DNA of 64,000 nt from an uncultured cyanobacterium. Lineage in GTDB: Bacteria; Cyanobacteriota; Cyanobacteriia; PCC-9006; JAAUQQ01. A model generated the notes under the pieces. The model did not search any database, had not been told where the DNA came from, and worked only from the letters and a program-made list of their open reading frames with translations. How positions within the stretch are numbered: the stretch's first letter is position 1; each line of letters opens with the position of its first letter. The stretch spans positions 736,001 through 800,000 of the forward strand of contig OY970368.1 of the NCBI GenBank assembly GCA_963718615.1, in the 5' to 3' direction. The position numbers were made by a program, and so were the translations under genes. Shown one piece after another: positions 38,291 through 47,677 of the stretch.

Positions 38291-39877
38291 CTACTCCTCC
38301 GACGATAGGACCCTAGCAACATGGGTTTGACACGATCGCCCCAAACTCAAAAACCGACGTTCCAGTGTCAAATACCCGATTTCCATTTCATAATGACAAT
38401 CCCCTGCGGGTACCCTGACGAGGCGATCGCGCATCGCTTCATTCACCGGATATTCGCGGATCAACCGACGCTGGGTTATGTGAGGGCCGAGGGCATAAAG
38501 CCGCAGAACCAAGACCTTGCCTCCCCGTTGTCGCAGCATCTGCCGCCGGTCTTCAGCAATATCCCAATAGAGATATACCTGGAGTGGTTTGGCGCAGGCC
38601 AACAGCAAAATTCGACAGGCCTCATAGGTCGCCGGGGCGTGATAGGTATAGACCGAGCGGGCCACATGCAGCCATTGCTGAGCCGATGTTAAATAGCCAA
38701 TTTCAGCCACATAATCGCGATCGCCCAGGGGCAGTTCAACCCAACGACTGGCTTCTCCCGGCTGACAATCATAAACCTGAAGTTGATCAGGGGCTTGCCC
38801 CTCATGCTCGAAATCTAGATGCTCCGCATCGTGGATCTTCAGCACCAGTTGCTCTCCTTGGTGTTGACTGACCAACCGCAGATGGGCCTGGGAAATATGC
38901 CATTCCACCTTAGCTCGGCGCGGGCCAACGGGCAGGAGTCGAATCCAGGTGCGATCGCCCAGGGGATCTGCCAGCAAACTCGCCTTTGCGGTCCCTGGCT
39001 CCAGCTCCAGCTCCAGCAAGGTACGGGTCATGGTTTTTCGCTTGGCACAGGCTGGTACCCTCGCGGCCTCGGAAATTGCCAAGGACTGCCAGCGACCCTC
39101 CGCCCCCACATATCCCAACTCTACCTGATAAAAATGGTTGTCTAGTTCAATCGACAACTGCATATCACAGACTTGAGCCTCGCAGTCATATTGCAAAAAG
39201 GGGCGAGTTTGATGACTAGGCTGGGTAACATCATAAAGCCGCAGTTTTAGGGCCTGCTGGTCAAGGCCTTGGCGACGATCGGCCTGGGACCATTCCCAGT
39301 AGGCATAGGCATGGTGACAATCGCGGGCAACTAAAACCAAGCGGGTCTGGTCTGAAGCCTCAGCGATCGGTTCAAGTCGGGATTCAGCCCAGGATTGAGC
39401 CAGGGATCGAGTCAGGAATGGCCCCCTATCCGGATAGAGTCTCCCCTTCGCTGCCGATTTTCCCCGCCGCATCCACCCGACCCCAAGCAACCCGATCGCT
39501 ACCGGCCCAAGTAGCAGCCAACGGGACCAATCCGGCGTAGGGCGCTGAGGCCCTTGGGCGGGCGATCGCTTTTCCGATCCTCCATTGTGCTCCCCAGCCA
39601 CCGACCCTCGCCTATCCACCAGTCCGTCAAGTAGCCCTTCATTCTTCCAAGTCGAACCGAGCCGTCTTTCAATTCTTTCAGTTGAATCAGGGGGGGTGAT
39701 CGGCAACTCATGCAGTTGCCCATCTAAGAATTGCTCATCCAGTTGCTCACCCGATCGATGAACAAAACTGGCATGTACCCTATGGGGTTGCCACAATCCC
39801 GATGCAGCAGGCAGGACGAGCCCCAGCAATAGTGTCAACATCAGCCGAGGAGCGTTTTGTGAATTCACCATATGCAC
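38291..39877 (-). CDS. Membrane-anchored protein with three DUF4912-like domains
   Basis: Signal-like N-terminus, TM segment, three (Y)W(E/D/H)...L(R/K)(L/I)(Y/H)...Y..E(L/I)GY...(L/V)(A/G).S repeats. Confidence 0.75.
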   Translation of the reverse strand: MHMVNSQNAPRLMLTLLLGLVLPAASGLWQPHRVHASFVHRSGEQLDEQFLDGQLHELPITPPDSTERIERRLGSTWKNEGLLDGLVDRRGSVAGEHNGGSEKRSPAQGPQRPTPDWSRWLLLGPVAIGLLGVGWMRRGKSAAKGRLYPDRGPFLTRSLAQSWAESRLEPIAEASDQTRLVLVARDCHHAYAYWEWSQADRRQGLDQQALKLRLYDVTQPSHQTRPFLQYDCEAQVCDMQLSIELDNHFYQVELGYVGAEGRWQSLAISEAARVPACAKRKTMTRTLLELELEPGTAKASLLADPLGDRTWIRLLPVGPRRAKVEWHISQAHLRLVSQHQGEQLVLKIHDAEHLDFEHEGQAPDQLQVYDCQPGEASRWVELPLGDRDYVAEIGYLTSAQQWLHVARSVYTYHAPATYEACRILLLACAKPLQVYLYWDIAEDRRQMLRQRGGKVLVLRLYALGPHITQRRLIREYPVNEAMRDRLVRVPAGDCHYEMEIGYLTLERRFLSLGRSCQTHVARVLSSEE

Positions 39878-40189
39878 CTAATTAGAAGAAGTCAAAAACG
39901 TCCTAGGAAGGTCCTCACCCTTATCCATTGTAGTCACAGCTCCGTAGTCACGGTTCCCCCTGGGGATTGAGCAACTTTAGGGCCGAGGAAGAAACTGTAC
40001 CCAATGTACGCTACTGTACGCTAGGGTTTGCTGGGTTTCAGCGAGACTTAAAACTTCTTGCGGATTCTTGTGAATTTCACGGAACACCATCAAGTTTCTT
40101 AACGGAATCAGACGTTGACCGATGCTGTTCTGAAGTTTCATGGAAATGCTAGCCTAGGGGCAGCATTGCTTCAGCGAAAGGGGCGGAAC

Positions 40190-41272
40190 GTGGTAAAGCG
40201 CAGGGCACAGAAGATAGTGGTTGGCCTCTCGGGAGGGGTAGATAGTTCAGCGGCGATCGCCCTGCTCCATGACCAGGGCTACGCGGTAGAAGGCCTGACG
40301 CTCTGGCTGATGAAGGGCAAGGGTCAGTGCTGCTCAGACGGCATGGTCGATGCGGCCAAAATTTGTGAAGACCTCGGCGTCGCCCACCATATTGTTGATA
40401 TTCGCGATCGCTTTCAGACCCACATTGTGGAGTATCTGGTCGAGGGCTACGAAGCCGGGATCACGCCGCTGCCCTGTTCCAACTGCAACCGCATGGTCAA
40501 ATTTAGCCCCATGTGGACCCATGCCCGTGACCATCTAGATGCGGATGGGATTGCAACCGGTCACTATGCCCGCACAAGCTATGACGAAGCAACGGGACGG
40601 ACTCAGCTCCTGCGAGCGGTGTATCGGCCTAAGGATCAGTCCTATTTTCTGTACGATTTGTCCCAGGACGTCTTGGCCCATGTGCTCTTTCCCCTGGGAG
40701 CCTATGCCAAAACCGAAACTCGCCAAACCGTTGCGGCCCATGGCTTACACACCGCAGAAAAACCGGAAAGCATGGACCTCTGTTTGGTGGAGGCCAATGG
40801 CTCCATGCGGGCCTTTCTCGATCAGTATTTAGCGCCCAAACCGGGCGAAATCATCCATACCTCGGGGGAGATCCTGGGACAACACGACGGTATTCATCAC
40901 TACACCATCGGCCAACGCAAAGGGCTAGGCGTAGCCTTCCGTGAACCGCTGTATGTGGTGGCTTTGGATCCAGTGATGAATCGGGTGATTGTCGGCAATC
41001 GCGAGGAGACCCTGGCCTCTGATCTCACCGCCCAACGGGTCAACTGGGTTTCGATCCCAGCACCCACAACGCCCATTCGCGCCGAGGTCCAAATTCGCTA
41101 TCGTTCGGTTCCGACGCCCGCTATCGTGATTCCGTTGACCGAGGAACGGGTGCGGGTGGTGTTTGATGAACCCCAGTCCAGCATCACACCGGGTCAGGCC
41201 GCAGTCTGGTATGACGGAGAGGTATTGTTGGGAGGCGGTGTCATCGAACGTCAGGAGACAGAAAGCCCATGA
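40190..41272 (+). CDS. mnmA: tRNA 2-thiouridine(34) synthase
   Basis: [46 protein letters not shown] and ITPGQAAV; start approximate. Confidence 0.95.
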   Translation: MVKRRAQKIVVGLSGGVDSSAAIALLHDQGYAVEGLTLWLMKGKGQCCSDGMVDAAKICEDLGVAHHIVDIRDRFQTHIVEYLVEGYEAGITPLPCSNCNRMVKFSPMWTHARDHLDADGIATGHYARTSYDEATGRTQLLRAVYRPKDQSYFLYDLSQDVLAHVLFPLGAYAKTETRQTVAAHGLHTAEKPESMDLCLVEANGSMRAFLDQYLAPKPGEIIHTSGEILGQHDGIHHYTIGQRKGLGVAFREPLYVVALDPVMNRVIVGNREETLASDLTAQRVNWVSIPAPTTPIRAEVQIRYRSVPTPAIVIPLTEERVRVVFDEPQSSITPGQAAVWYDGEVLLGGGVIERQETESP

Positions 41273-41409
41273 ACGGAGAGATGAATTTGGATTGGGTCTT
41301 AGGGGCATTAGCGCTGGCGATCGCCCTAGGTGGCCTTTGGATGCTGTTCAACGGCATGGGTGGGATGAATGACGACGGAGCCCCGCAAAAGGCCAAAAAA
41401 CGGGATTAG
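41269..41409 (+). CDS. 46-aa single-TM microprotein (not in ORF track)
   Basis: ATGA overlap with the mnmA stop; [46 protein letters not shown]. Confidence 0.6.
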   Translation: MNGEMNLDWVLGALALAIALGGLWMLFNGMGGMNDDGAPQKAKKRD

Positions 41410-41589
41410 GTTGAGCGCAGCGGAGCCTATTGCCGAATGCAATTTCCGGTTCGAGTTTAAAGATATACAACTGAGACGAAGTTAAGACGGGGCAAGACTC
41501 CGAGTAACTTTTTGGCCCCAATCCAGTGTCATGACCTAGGATGAAACTTGATACCCGCTTGGCACCCTAGCAATCAGGGAGGCAACATA

Positions 41590-42330
41590 ATGACCTGCGG
41601 AAAGATGTTAAAGATTCCGGTCCCGAGTTTGGCTATCCTGTTGGGGGCGATCGCCCTCAACTTTTTCTGCATCCCGATGCCAGCGCTACGGGCACAGTCC
41701 TCAATGGATACCGCCATCCCCCACCCACCCAGCCGAGGACGAGCAGGCGGCACGCGCGGTTGCAATAGCTATGCCCAAACCCTGCCGGAGAATCGCTCCG
41801 CCGCACTGATTTTGCTGGCCTCCCCTCGGGGCGACATTCAAACCCTCGCCAGCCGCCCAACCTTTGCCTGGTATGTCCGAGACGCGGTGGATTTACCCTT
41901 GATTTTTCGGATCTACAAACAGCCCCCGGCCTCCGAGCCTTGGCCGATCTCGGGGTTATTACCGATCCTGGAGCTAACTCATCCAGAATTGCGCAGCCAA
42001 GCCGGACTCGTCAGTCTGACCCTACCTGACACCGTTCCGGCGCTGCAACCGGGAGAGCGCTATCTCTGGCAAGTCGAGTTGCGCTGCGATCCGAACGACC
42101 CCTCCAGCGGTATTTTTGCCGAAGCCGATATCGAGGTGGTGACGCAACCAGGTTCACGCCCCTTTTGGTATGACAAACTCCAGATGGCCTTGAGGGCTCC
42201 GCAGCAATTGGGTAGCGCTGCACTCCGGGCGGCATTGCTGACGGATGCAGGCGTTCCGTCCCAGGGGGCAAAGGATTTGGGCGATCGCCCGATTGCCGAG
42301 GTATCGACCAACTTCTGGTTGATTCCCTGA
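41590..42330 (+). CDS. DUF928-family secreted protein
   Basis: GGAGG RBS, signal peptide, PPSRGRAGGTRGC, RPTFAWYV, L.PG.RYLWQV.L.C and FWYD. Confidence 0.85.
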   Translation: MTCGKMLKIPVPSLAILLGAIALNFFCIPMPALRAQSSMDTAIPHPPSRGRAGGTRGCNSYAQTLPENRSAALILLASPRGDIQTLASRPTFAWYVRDAVDLPLIFRIYKQPPASEPWPISGLLPILELTHPELRSQAGLVSLTLPDTVPALQPGERYLWQVELRCDPNDPSSGIFAEADIEVVTQPGSRPFWYDKLQMALRAPQQLGSAALRAALLTDAGVPSQGAKDLGDRPIAEVSTNFWLIP

Positions 42331-42347
42331 TCTATTCCCATCGGTTA

Positions 42348-45134
42348 CTAAAGCCAATTCCCCACTGCAATAAACGCGGCCCAATAGCCCGGATGGCTGA
42401 ATTGACTGCGACGCGATCGCGCAATCCAATCCCGTTGCATGGTTTGCAGCGCTGCTGCTCGACCCATGCCCTGCTGCCACACTTGATAAAACTGAATCAT
42501 CATCTGGGCGGTGGCTTCATCATCAACCCGCCAGAGCGACGCCAAACTAGACTGCACACCCGACTGAAACATCATGCCTGAGATGCCTAGGATATCGCGA
42601 TCGCTCCCCACTGCGGTCTCACAGGCACTCAGCGTCAGCAGGCGAATCGGCTCTGGAGCCTGTTGAACCACGTCCGCCAATTGTTGAATGGTTAGGGTTT
42701 CATTAAATTGCTCGGGCGTGCTCCGTAGGGCCTTTTGCTGGGGCGAATTCTGGGGCAAATTTTGCGGTAGATCCTGGGTTAAAGCATCCGATCCTAAGGC
42801 GTCTTCAGGCTTGCCCAAAATCAAAAACGTTTGCCGTGCGTCATAGCCAAACTGCGCATGGGTCGCGAGGTGTAGCAACTGAGCCGGTTGAGAATGGGTC
42901 ATCTGGCCGAGAAACAGCCGCGTAAATTTTTCATTAAATAGACCCTGATGGGGTACAAATTGGTCCGCAATGGTATTCACTTCTTCGTCCACATAATCGA
43001 GGGCCGGAAAGCGCAATCCATTGGCCAATTCTGCCGGTTGAGTCAGCCCAAAGGGCAACGCTTGAATCTGATTCACCACTAAGGGTAAGGGTTTAATTTC
43101 TGACAGGATGGGTGCGATCCCCAGGGCGTATTGTTCAACCAAAAATTGCTCCCCATCAAACAAGGGAGCCATGGGAATGCTCCGCAAAATACCGTCTTGC
43201 ATAAACACTAACGTGTCGATGCCTGCCGCTTGGAGCTGGGCCGCAACCGGACGAATCAGCCAGTCGTAGAATTGCGTTGCCCCCTTGAGATAGCCGTTGG
43301 CGCGGTCGGAGCGTTGGCCCAGCAAGCTACGAAATTCATTGACCTGTTCGATCAACTCGGTGCGCTTGAGCGGAATCCAGTACAGCTCCGACCGAACCGG
43401 AACCAGATCCGCCTGACCTTCACGGGGCTGAATCGGATTCTCGGGAGTGACATTGGGAATGGCCACCACCACCGCCGTGGCCTCTTCAAACACCAAGGTG
43501 GTAATAATGGCCGTATGGGTGTCACCGGGCGTAATCGGTGGCAGTTCCGGTGGCGGTTCGCAGACTTTACCCAAATAGTTTTGCAACTCCAGCAAGTGGA
43601 GTTCATCAATAATTTGGACTGCATTGATGAGTCGCTTCTGAGCCTCCGCGTCGGGCCAAGCCGTCACCCCAAAGGCCCCAGGATAGGCCACGGAACGCAC
43701 CAGGAGGCGACTGAGCTGACGGTAGATGGGTGCAATGACGCTGTAGAAATCCGGTTGGCGATCGCGCGTCGAAACACTCAACACTCCCCGCACCCCCTTG
43801 AGCGAGTCCAGCGTATATTGGTATGCCTTTAAGGCCGCCGCTTCATTGCCCTGGGCCAGCAAAATCCGGGCTGCTTGCCAATTCCACAGATAACGATCCC
43901 CCTTGTCCTGCCCCAAAACCTGGGCTTGGCGGGTCCAGTCTTGAGCGGTTTTATAGTCACCTTGGCATTCGTACAGATGACCCATATGGCCCCGCACCAC
44001 GGACTCTAGGCCCGCATCCTGGAGCCGCTGCGCCCCCAGAACTGCTCGCCGCACCCAGCCTGTCAGCCTCCGGGTAGGCGCAAGGTTCTCACAGAGGGCC
44101 GGGGCTCCTTCTCGCAGAAAATCCTGGGGGGGCGGTACCTCCAGAAAACCAACCCGCAAGAGGTCATAAACCTGGTCCTGGGAAAGGGGCATCTGATTGA
44201 CGAGGCTGCGGGCTTCCGCTAGGGCGGCCTGGGTGATCGCCTGCATGGACGGTTGATACCGGCTCACGGACACCAAATTTAACAGCCGCTCCAGACGCTC
44301 CGTCTGCGGTTGGGGAAGCTGCAACGCCTCTTGGAGGGCGGTAATGGATTCCTGGGTATGGGTTTGCACCGCTGCGCGAAAGTTCTTAGCGGCAATCCAG
44401 TCTTTTTTTCCTTCGGCAAACCGGGTATAGCGTTCGTTTTGCACCATCAGCCGGTAATGCAACGCTCCCAACTGACTAAGGGCGGCAATTTGATAGGGAA
44501 AATGCTTCAGCTCCACAGCCAGGTTGTAGGCGCGCTGGTAGGTGGCGATCGCCGCTTCATACTGGGCCTGCTCAAAGAACGCACTGCCTAGGGCACCGAG
44601 GGCCGCAGTCAATCCCACGCCATCGTTTTGGTCCATGGCGATCGCCACCGCGCTATCGGGCAGACAGGTTTGCGGCGGGGGCTGGTTCGGTTCGGATTGG
44701 CCGCAGAGCAGCGCCACTGCCCAGTCATATTGACCCAGGTCCGCAGCGATTTGGGCTTGCTCCGTCAGCATGTGACCTAGGTCCGTGGGCCGTTGAAGCT
44801 GTTGGTAGGCTGTAATCAGGCGATCAAACTCATCAATTGCGGGTATCGTTTGACCCGTTTTTTGATAGGCCCTTGCCTGATAGCGGTACAAATCCAGTCG
44901 GGTTTCCAGATTGGGGGCTTGGCGGAGCGCATTCTTCCAAAAGGCCAGGGCGTTGTGATAATCCCCGGCATAGTAGGCATCTAAGCCTTGCTGAATGAGG
45001 CGTTCGGGTTCCCCAAGCTGACTGAGGGCTGGGGCGATCGCCCCGAGTCGCAAACAAAAAATTAGGGTACAAATCACAGTACCCACAAAAAGACTCAATC
45101 GTCGCCAAATTCGTAACCGGCTACGGATGGCCAT
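42348..45134 (-). CDS. Secreted TPR - CHAT protease (second copy)
   Basis: Signal peptide, TPRs, LLHLATHAQF and LTLSACETA dyad, HPGYWAAFIAVGNWL. Confidence 0.92.
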   Translation of the reverse strand: MAIRSRLRIWRRLSLFVGTVICTLIFCLRLGAIAPALSQLGEPERLIQQGLDAYYAGDYHNALAFWKNALRQAPNLETRLDLYRYQARAYQKTGQTIPAIDEFDRLITAYQQLQRPTDLGHMLTEQAQIAADLGQYDWAVALLCGQSEPNQPPPQTCLPDSAVAIAMDQNDGVGLTAALGALGSAFFEQAQYEAAIATYQRAYNLAVELKHFPYQIAALSQLGALHYRLMVQNERYTRFAEGKKDWIAAKNFRAAVQTHTQESITALQEALQLPQPQTERLERLLNLVSVSRYQPSMQAITQAALAEARSLVNQMPLSQDQVYDLLRVGFLEVPPPQDFLREGAPALCENLAPTRRLTGWVRRAVLGAQRLQDAGLESVVRGHMGHLYECQGDYKTAQDWTRQAQVLGQDKGDRYLWNWQAARILLAQGNEAAALKAYQYTLDSLKGVRGVLSVSTRDRQPDFYSVIAPIYRQLSRLLVRSVAYPGAFGVTAWPDAEAQKRLINAVQIIDELHLLELQNYLGKVCEPPPELPPITPGDTHTAIITTLVFEEATAVVVAIPNVTPENPIQPREGQADLVPVRSELYWIPLKRTELIEQVNEFRSLLGQRSDRANGYLKGATQFYDWLIRPVAAQLQAAGIDTLVFMQDGILRSIPMAPLFDGEQFLVEQYALGIAPILSEIKPLPLVVNQIQALPFGLTQPAELANGLRFPALDYVDEEVNTIADQFVPHQGLFNEKFTRLFLGQMTHSQPAQLLHLATHAQFGYDARQTFLILGKPEDALGSDALTQDLPQNLPQNSPQQKALRSTPEQFNETLTIQQLADVVQQAPEPIRLLTLSACETAVGSDRDILGISGMMFQSGVQSSLASLWRVDDEATAQMMIQFYQVWQQGMGRAAALQTMQRDWIARSRRSQFSHPGYWAAFIAVGNWL

Positions 45135-45315
45135 ACCCCATGACTACATCTCACTAGTGGGTCAATAGGACAGAACTTAGTTATTATCTCGCAGAAGGTT
45201 TTAGCGGATTTACAGGAGTCATGAATTCACAAATCGTGAAATGATGCTTTTGTAGGTTTTTGTTCAAGCTTTGTTGCCATAGTTATCGTTCATTTGTCGT
45301 TATTCCTGCGCTGCC

Positions 45316-47613
45316 ATGCTTCATCAGCCCCGCTTTGCGCCGCAGTTTCGCGTGATTTCGCTCCCACCGGATCAAGTTTTGCTGCGGACAGAGCAGGATT
45401 TTTTTATGCTCCAGGGTGCTCTCTATTGCCAGATTGCGGCCTTAATCGATGGCCAGCACACAACCGATGAGATTGTCGCAGCCTTACAACCCCAGGGGTC
45501 GCTGCCGCAGCTTTACTATGCGCTCATGCAGCTCGAAGAAAAGGGATACACCATTGAATCAAATTCGACCCGTCTTGATTTTGTAAGTTTTGCTGGTTTT
45601 AGTGTTCAAAGAGTTTCTGTAAAAACCTACATTTCAGCAGAAAGTCAACCCACATTAGAGGCCCTAGGGCAGGCGAGCGCCACCCAACTCACCGCCGCCC
45701 TCAGGGATTGGGGACTCACTCCAGTCCCCCCCGACGACCCGGACGTGGACCTCGGCATTGTCCTCACCGATAACTATCTGCACCCAAACCTAGAGCGCTA
45801 TAACCAACTCACCCTCGCAGCCCAGCGTCCCTGGCTGATCGTCAAACCCTGGGGGGAGCAGATTTGGCTGGGTCCTTGGTTTCAGCCCGATGACACCGGC
45901 TGCTGGGGCTGTTTGGCGCAGCGACTGCGGGGCAATCGTCCGGTGGATGCCTGGTTGAGTCAGTTGGAGACGGTAGAGCTGCTACAAACGGAGGTCTGGG
46001 GGGAGGACCCTGGGATGGGGGCGATCGCCCTCGGTTTAATTCGCCAAGCCCTCTATCATTCCGAAACCGTCTGGGGACAGTTGCTGACATTCAACCCCCG
46101 CACCCTCACCAGTCGCAGCCATCCGCTGCCCCATCGTCCCCAATGTTTGGCCTGTGGCTCCATCGATTTTCAGACAATTTGCACCGACCAATTGCCCACC
46201 GAGCCCTGGGTGCTATCGGCCTCGCCTAAGGCTTTTACCCAGGATGGGGGCCACCGCAGCCAGCCCCCCGAAATCACCCTGGAACAGCTCCAGCCCCACA
46301 TCAGCCCCCTCCTGGGAATCATCCGCGAGTTGCGAGAAGTGCCACCGGCGCATCCCAACCACACCACCCAAACCCTGCTCCACACCTATGTCGCCGGTCA
46401 TGACACTGGAGCGACCCCCGAAACCCTCAACGCCCTCAAGATCAATTTGCAAGGTCGCAGTGCCGGTAAGGGCAAAACAGCGATTCAAGCCCAGGTGAGT
46501 GCATTGTGTGAGGCGATCGAGCGCCATTCTGGGATTTTTCAGGGGTATGAATTGCATCGACGCGATCGCTACAACCACCTTGGCCCAAACCTCGCCATCG
46601 ATCCCCAGCCCTTGCTCCTGTTTAGCCCCTCCCAATATGCCAATCGGCAAGCCTGGAATGCCACCTTGCCCAATTTGCGTCACCAGGTACCCGAGCCCTT
46701 TGACCCCGAAGCAGAGGTTGATTGGACGCCCATTTGGTCGCTGACGGAAAATCGCTGGAAATATATTCCCACGGCCTATTGCTACTACAACTATCCCGGT
46801 AATAAGCTCAACCAACCGCCTCCTTTTTGCTATGCCAACTCCAATGGTTGTGCCGCAGGCAACAGCCGCGAAGAGGCGATTTTGCAGGGTTTATTTGAGT
46901 TGGTGGAACGGGATGCGGTGGCGATTTGGTGGTGTAATCAGCTAGGGCGGCCTGAGGTGGATTTGACCAGTTTCCCGGACCCCTATTTTACTCAACTTCA
47001 GCATCACTATGCCGAGGAGCAGGGCCGGACGCTGTATGTGTTAGACCTAACGCACGACTTAGGCATTCCCACCTTTGCGGCGGTGTCCTATTTGCTGGAG
47101 CCGATTCCAACGGGGGAAGGCAACAATCCTGGAATTTTGTGTGGGTTCGGCTGTCATTTTGATGGGGCGATCGCCCTCTCCCGCGCCCTCACTGAAATCA
47201 ATCAGCTTTTGGTAGGAACGCCGGTGGCTAAGGCGAGGACGGAGGATGGAGGAGAAAAAAACGAGACGCCAGGGGAAACACCGTTGCAACTGGAGGGGCA
47301 GGATCAGCTCTTGCCGGATCCGTCTCAGCCGCGACGACGATATGAAGATTTCTCTGAGGAATGGCGGCAGGACCTGCGGGATGATGTATTAGCTGGGATG
47401 GAGATTTTGCGATCGCACGGTCTAGAAATGCTGGTCCTGGATCAAACCCGTCCGGACGTGAATTTGCCAGTGGTGCGAGTCGTCGTGCCGAAGATGCGCC
47501 ATTTTTGGCATCGGCTGGCACCAGGGCGGCTCTACGAGGTGCCGGTGGAGATGGGATGGTTGTCTCAGCCCAAAACCGAGGCTGATGTCAATCCGATCCT
47601 GTTTCCTTTTTGA
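45316..47613 (+). CDS. Fused E1-like/YcaO cyclodehydratase (PatD/TruD-like, leader-binding)
   Basis: RRE-like N-terminus, GCWGCL..RL and PQCLAC; SAGKG, CEAIERHS, NSNGCAAGN..EEAILQG.FELVERD; Pro-containing C-terminus NPILFPF. Confidence 0.92.
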   Translation: MLHQPRFAPQFRVISLPPDQVLLRTEQDFFMLQGALYCQIAALIDGQHTTDEIVAALQPQGSLPQLYYALMQLEEKGYTIESNSTRLDFVSFAGFSVQRVSVKTYISAESQPTLEALGQASATQLTAALRDWGLTPVPPDDPDVDLGIVLTDNYLHPNLERYNQLTLAAQRPWLIVKPWGEQIWLGPWFQPDDTGCWGCLAQRLRGNRPVDAWLSQLETVELLQTEVWGEDPGMGAIALGLIRQALYHSETVWGQLLTFNPRTLTSRSHPLPHRPQCLACGSIDFQTICTDQLPTEPWVLSASPKAFTQDGGHRSQPPEITLEQLQPHISPLLGIIRELREVPPAHPNHTTQTLLHTYVAGHDTGATPETLNALKINLQGRSAGKGKTAIQAQVSALCEAIERHSGIFQGYELHRRDRYNHLGPNLAIDPQPLLLFSPSQYANRQAWNATLPNLRHQVPEPFDPEAEVDWTPIWSLTENRWKYIPTAYCYYNYPGNKLNQPPPFCYANSNGCAAGNSREEAILQGLFELVERDAVAIWWCNQLGRPEVDLTSFPDPYFTQLQHHYAEEQGRTLYVLDLTHDLGIPTFAAVSYLLEPIPTGEGNNPGILCGFGCHFDGAIALSRALTEINQLLVGTPVAKARTEDGGEKNETPGETPLQLEGQDQLLPDPSQPRRRYEDFSEEWRQDLRDDVLAGMEILRSHGLEMLVLDQTRPDVNLPVVRVVVPKMRHFWHRLAPGRLYEVPVEMGWLSQPKTEADVNPILFPF

Positions 47614-47651
47614 ACCTGTCCACTTGAACCTGTCCATTTGAACCTGTCCAC
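47610..47651 (+). repeat. 14-bp tandem repeat x3
   Basis: TTGAACCTGTCCA(C/T) at 47610, 47624 and 47638. Confidence 0.9.
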
Positions 47652-47677
47652 CTGTACTTTACAATCCGTACTTAGCC

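Noticed and set aside
40006-40019. NtcA-type GTA-N8-TAC box
   Set aside because: Six-base match is expected by chance, the inner flanks are non-consensus and the neighbouring genes have no clear nitrogen link
45180-45215. Fourth copy of the TGTAAA-N17-GATTAA motif upstream of the second CHAT gene, and a weak one near 19508
   Set aside because: Only the first box matches; the second box is mis-spaced or absent
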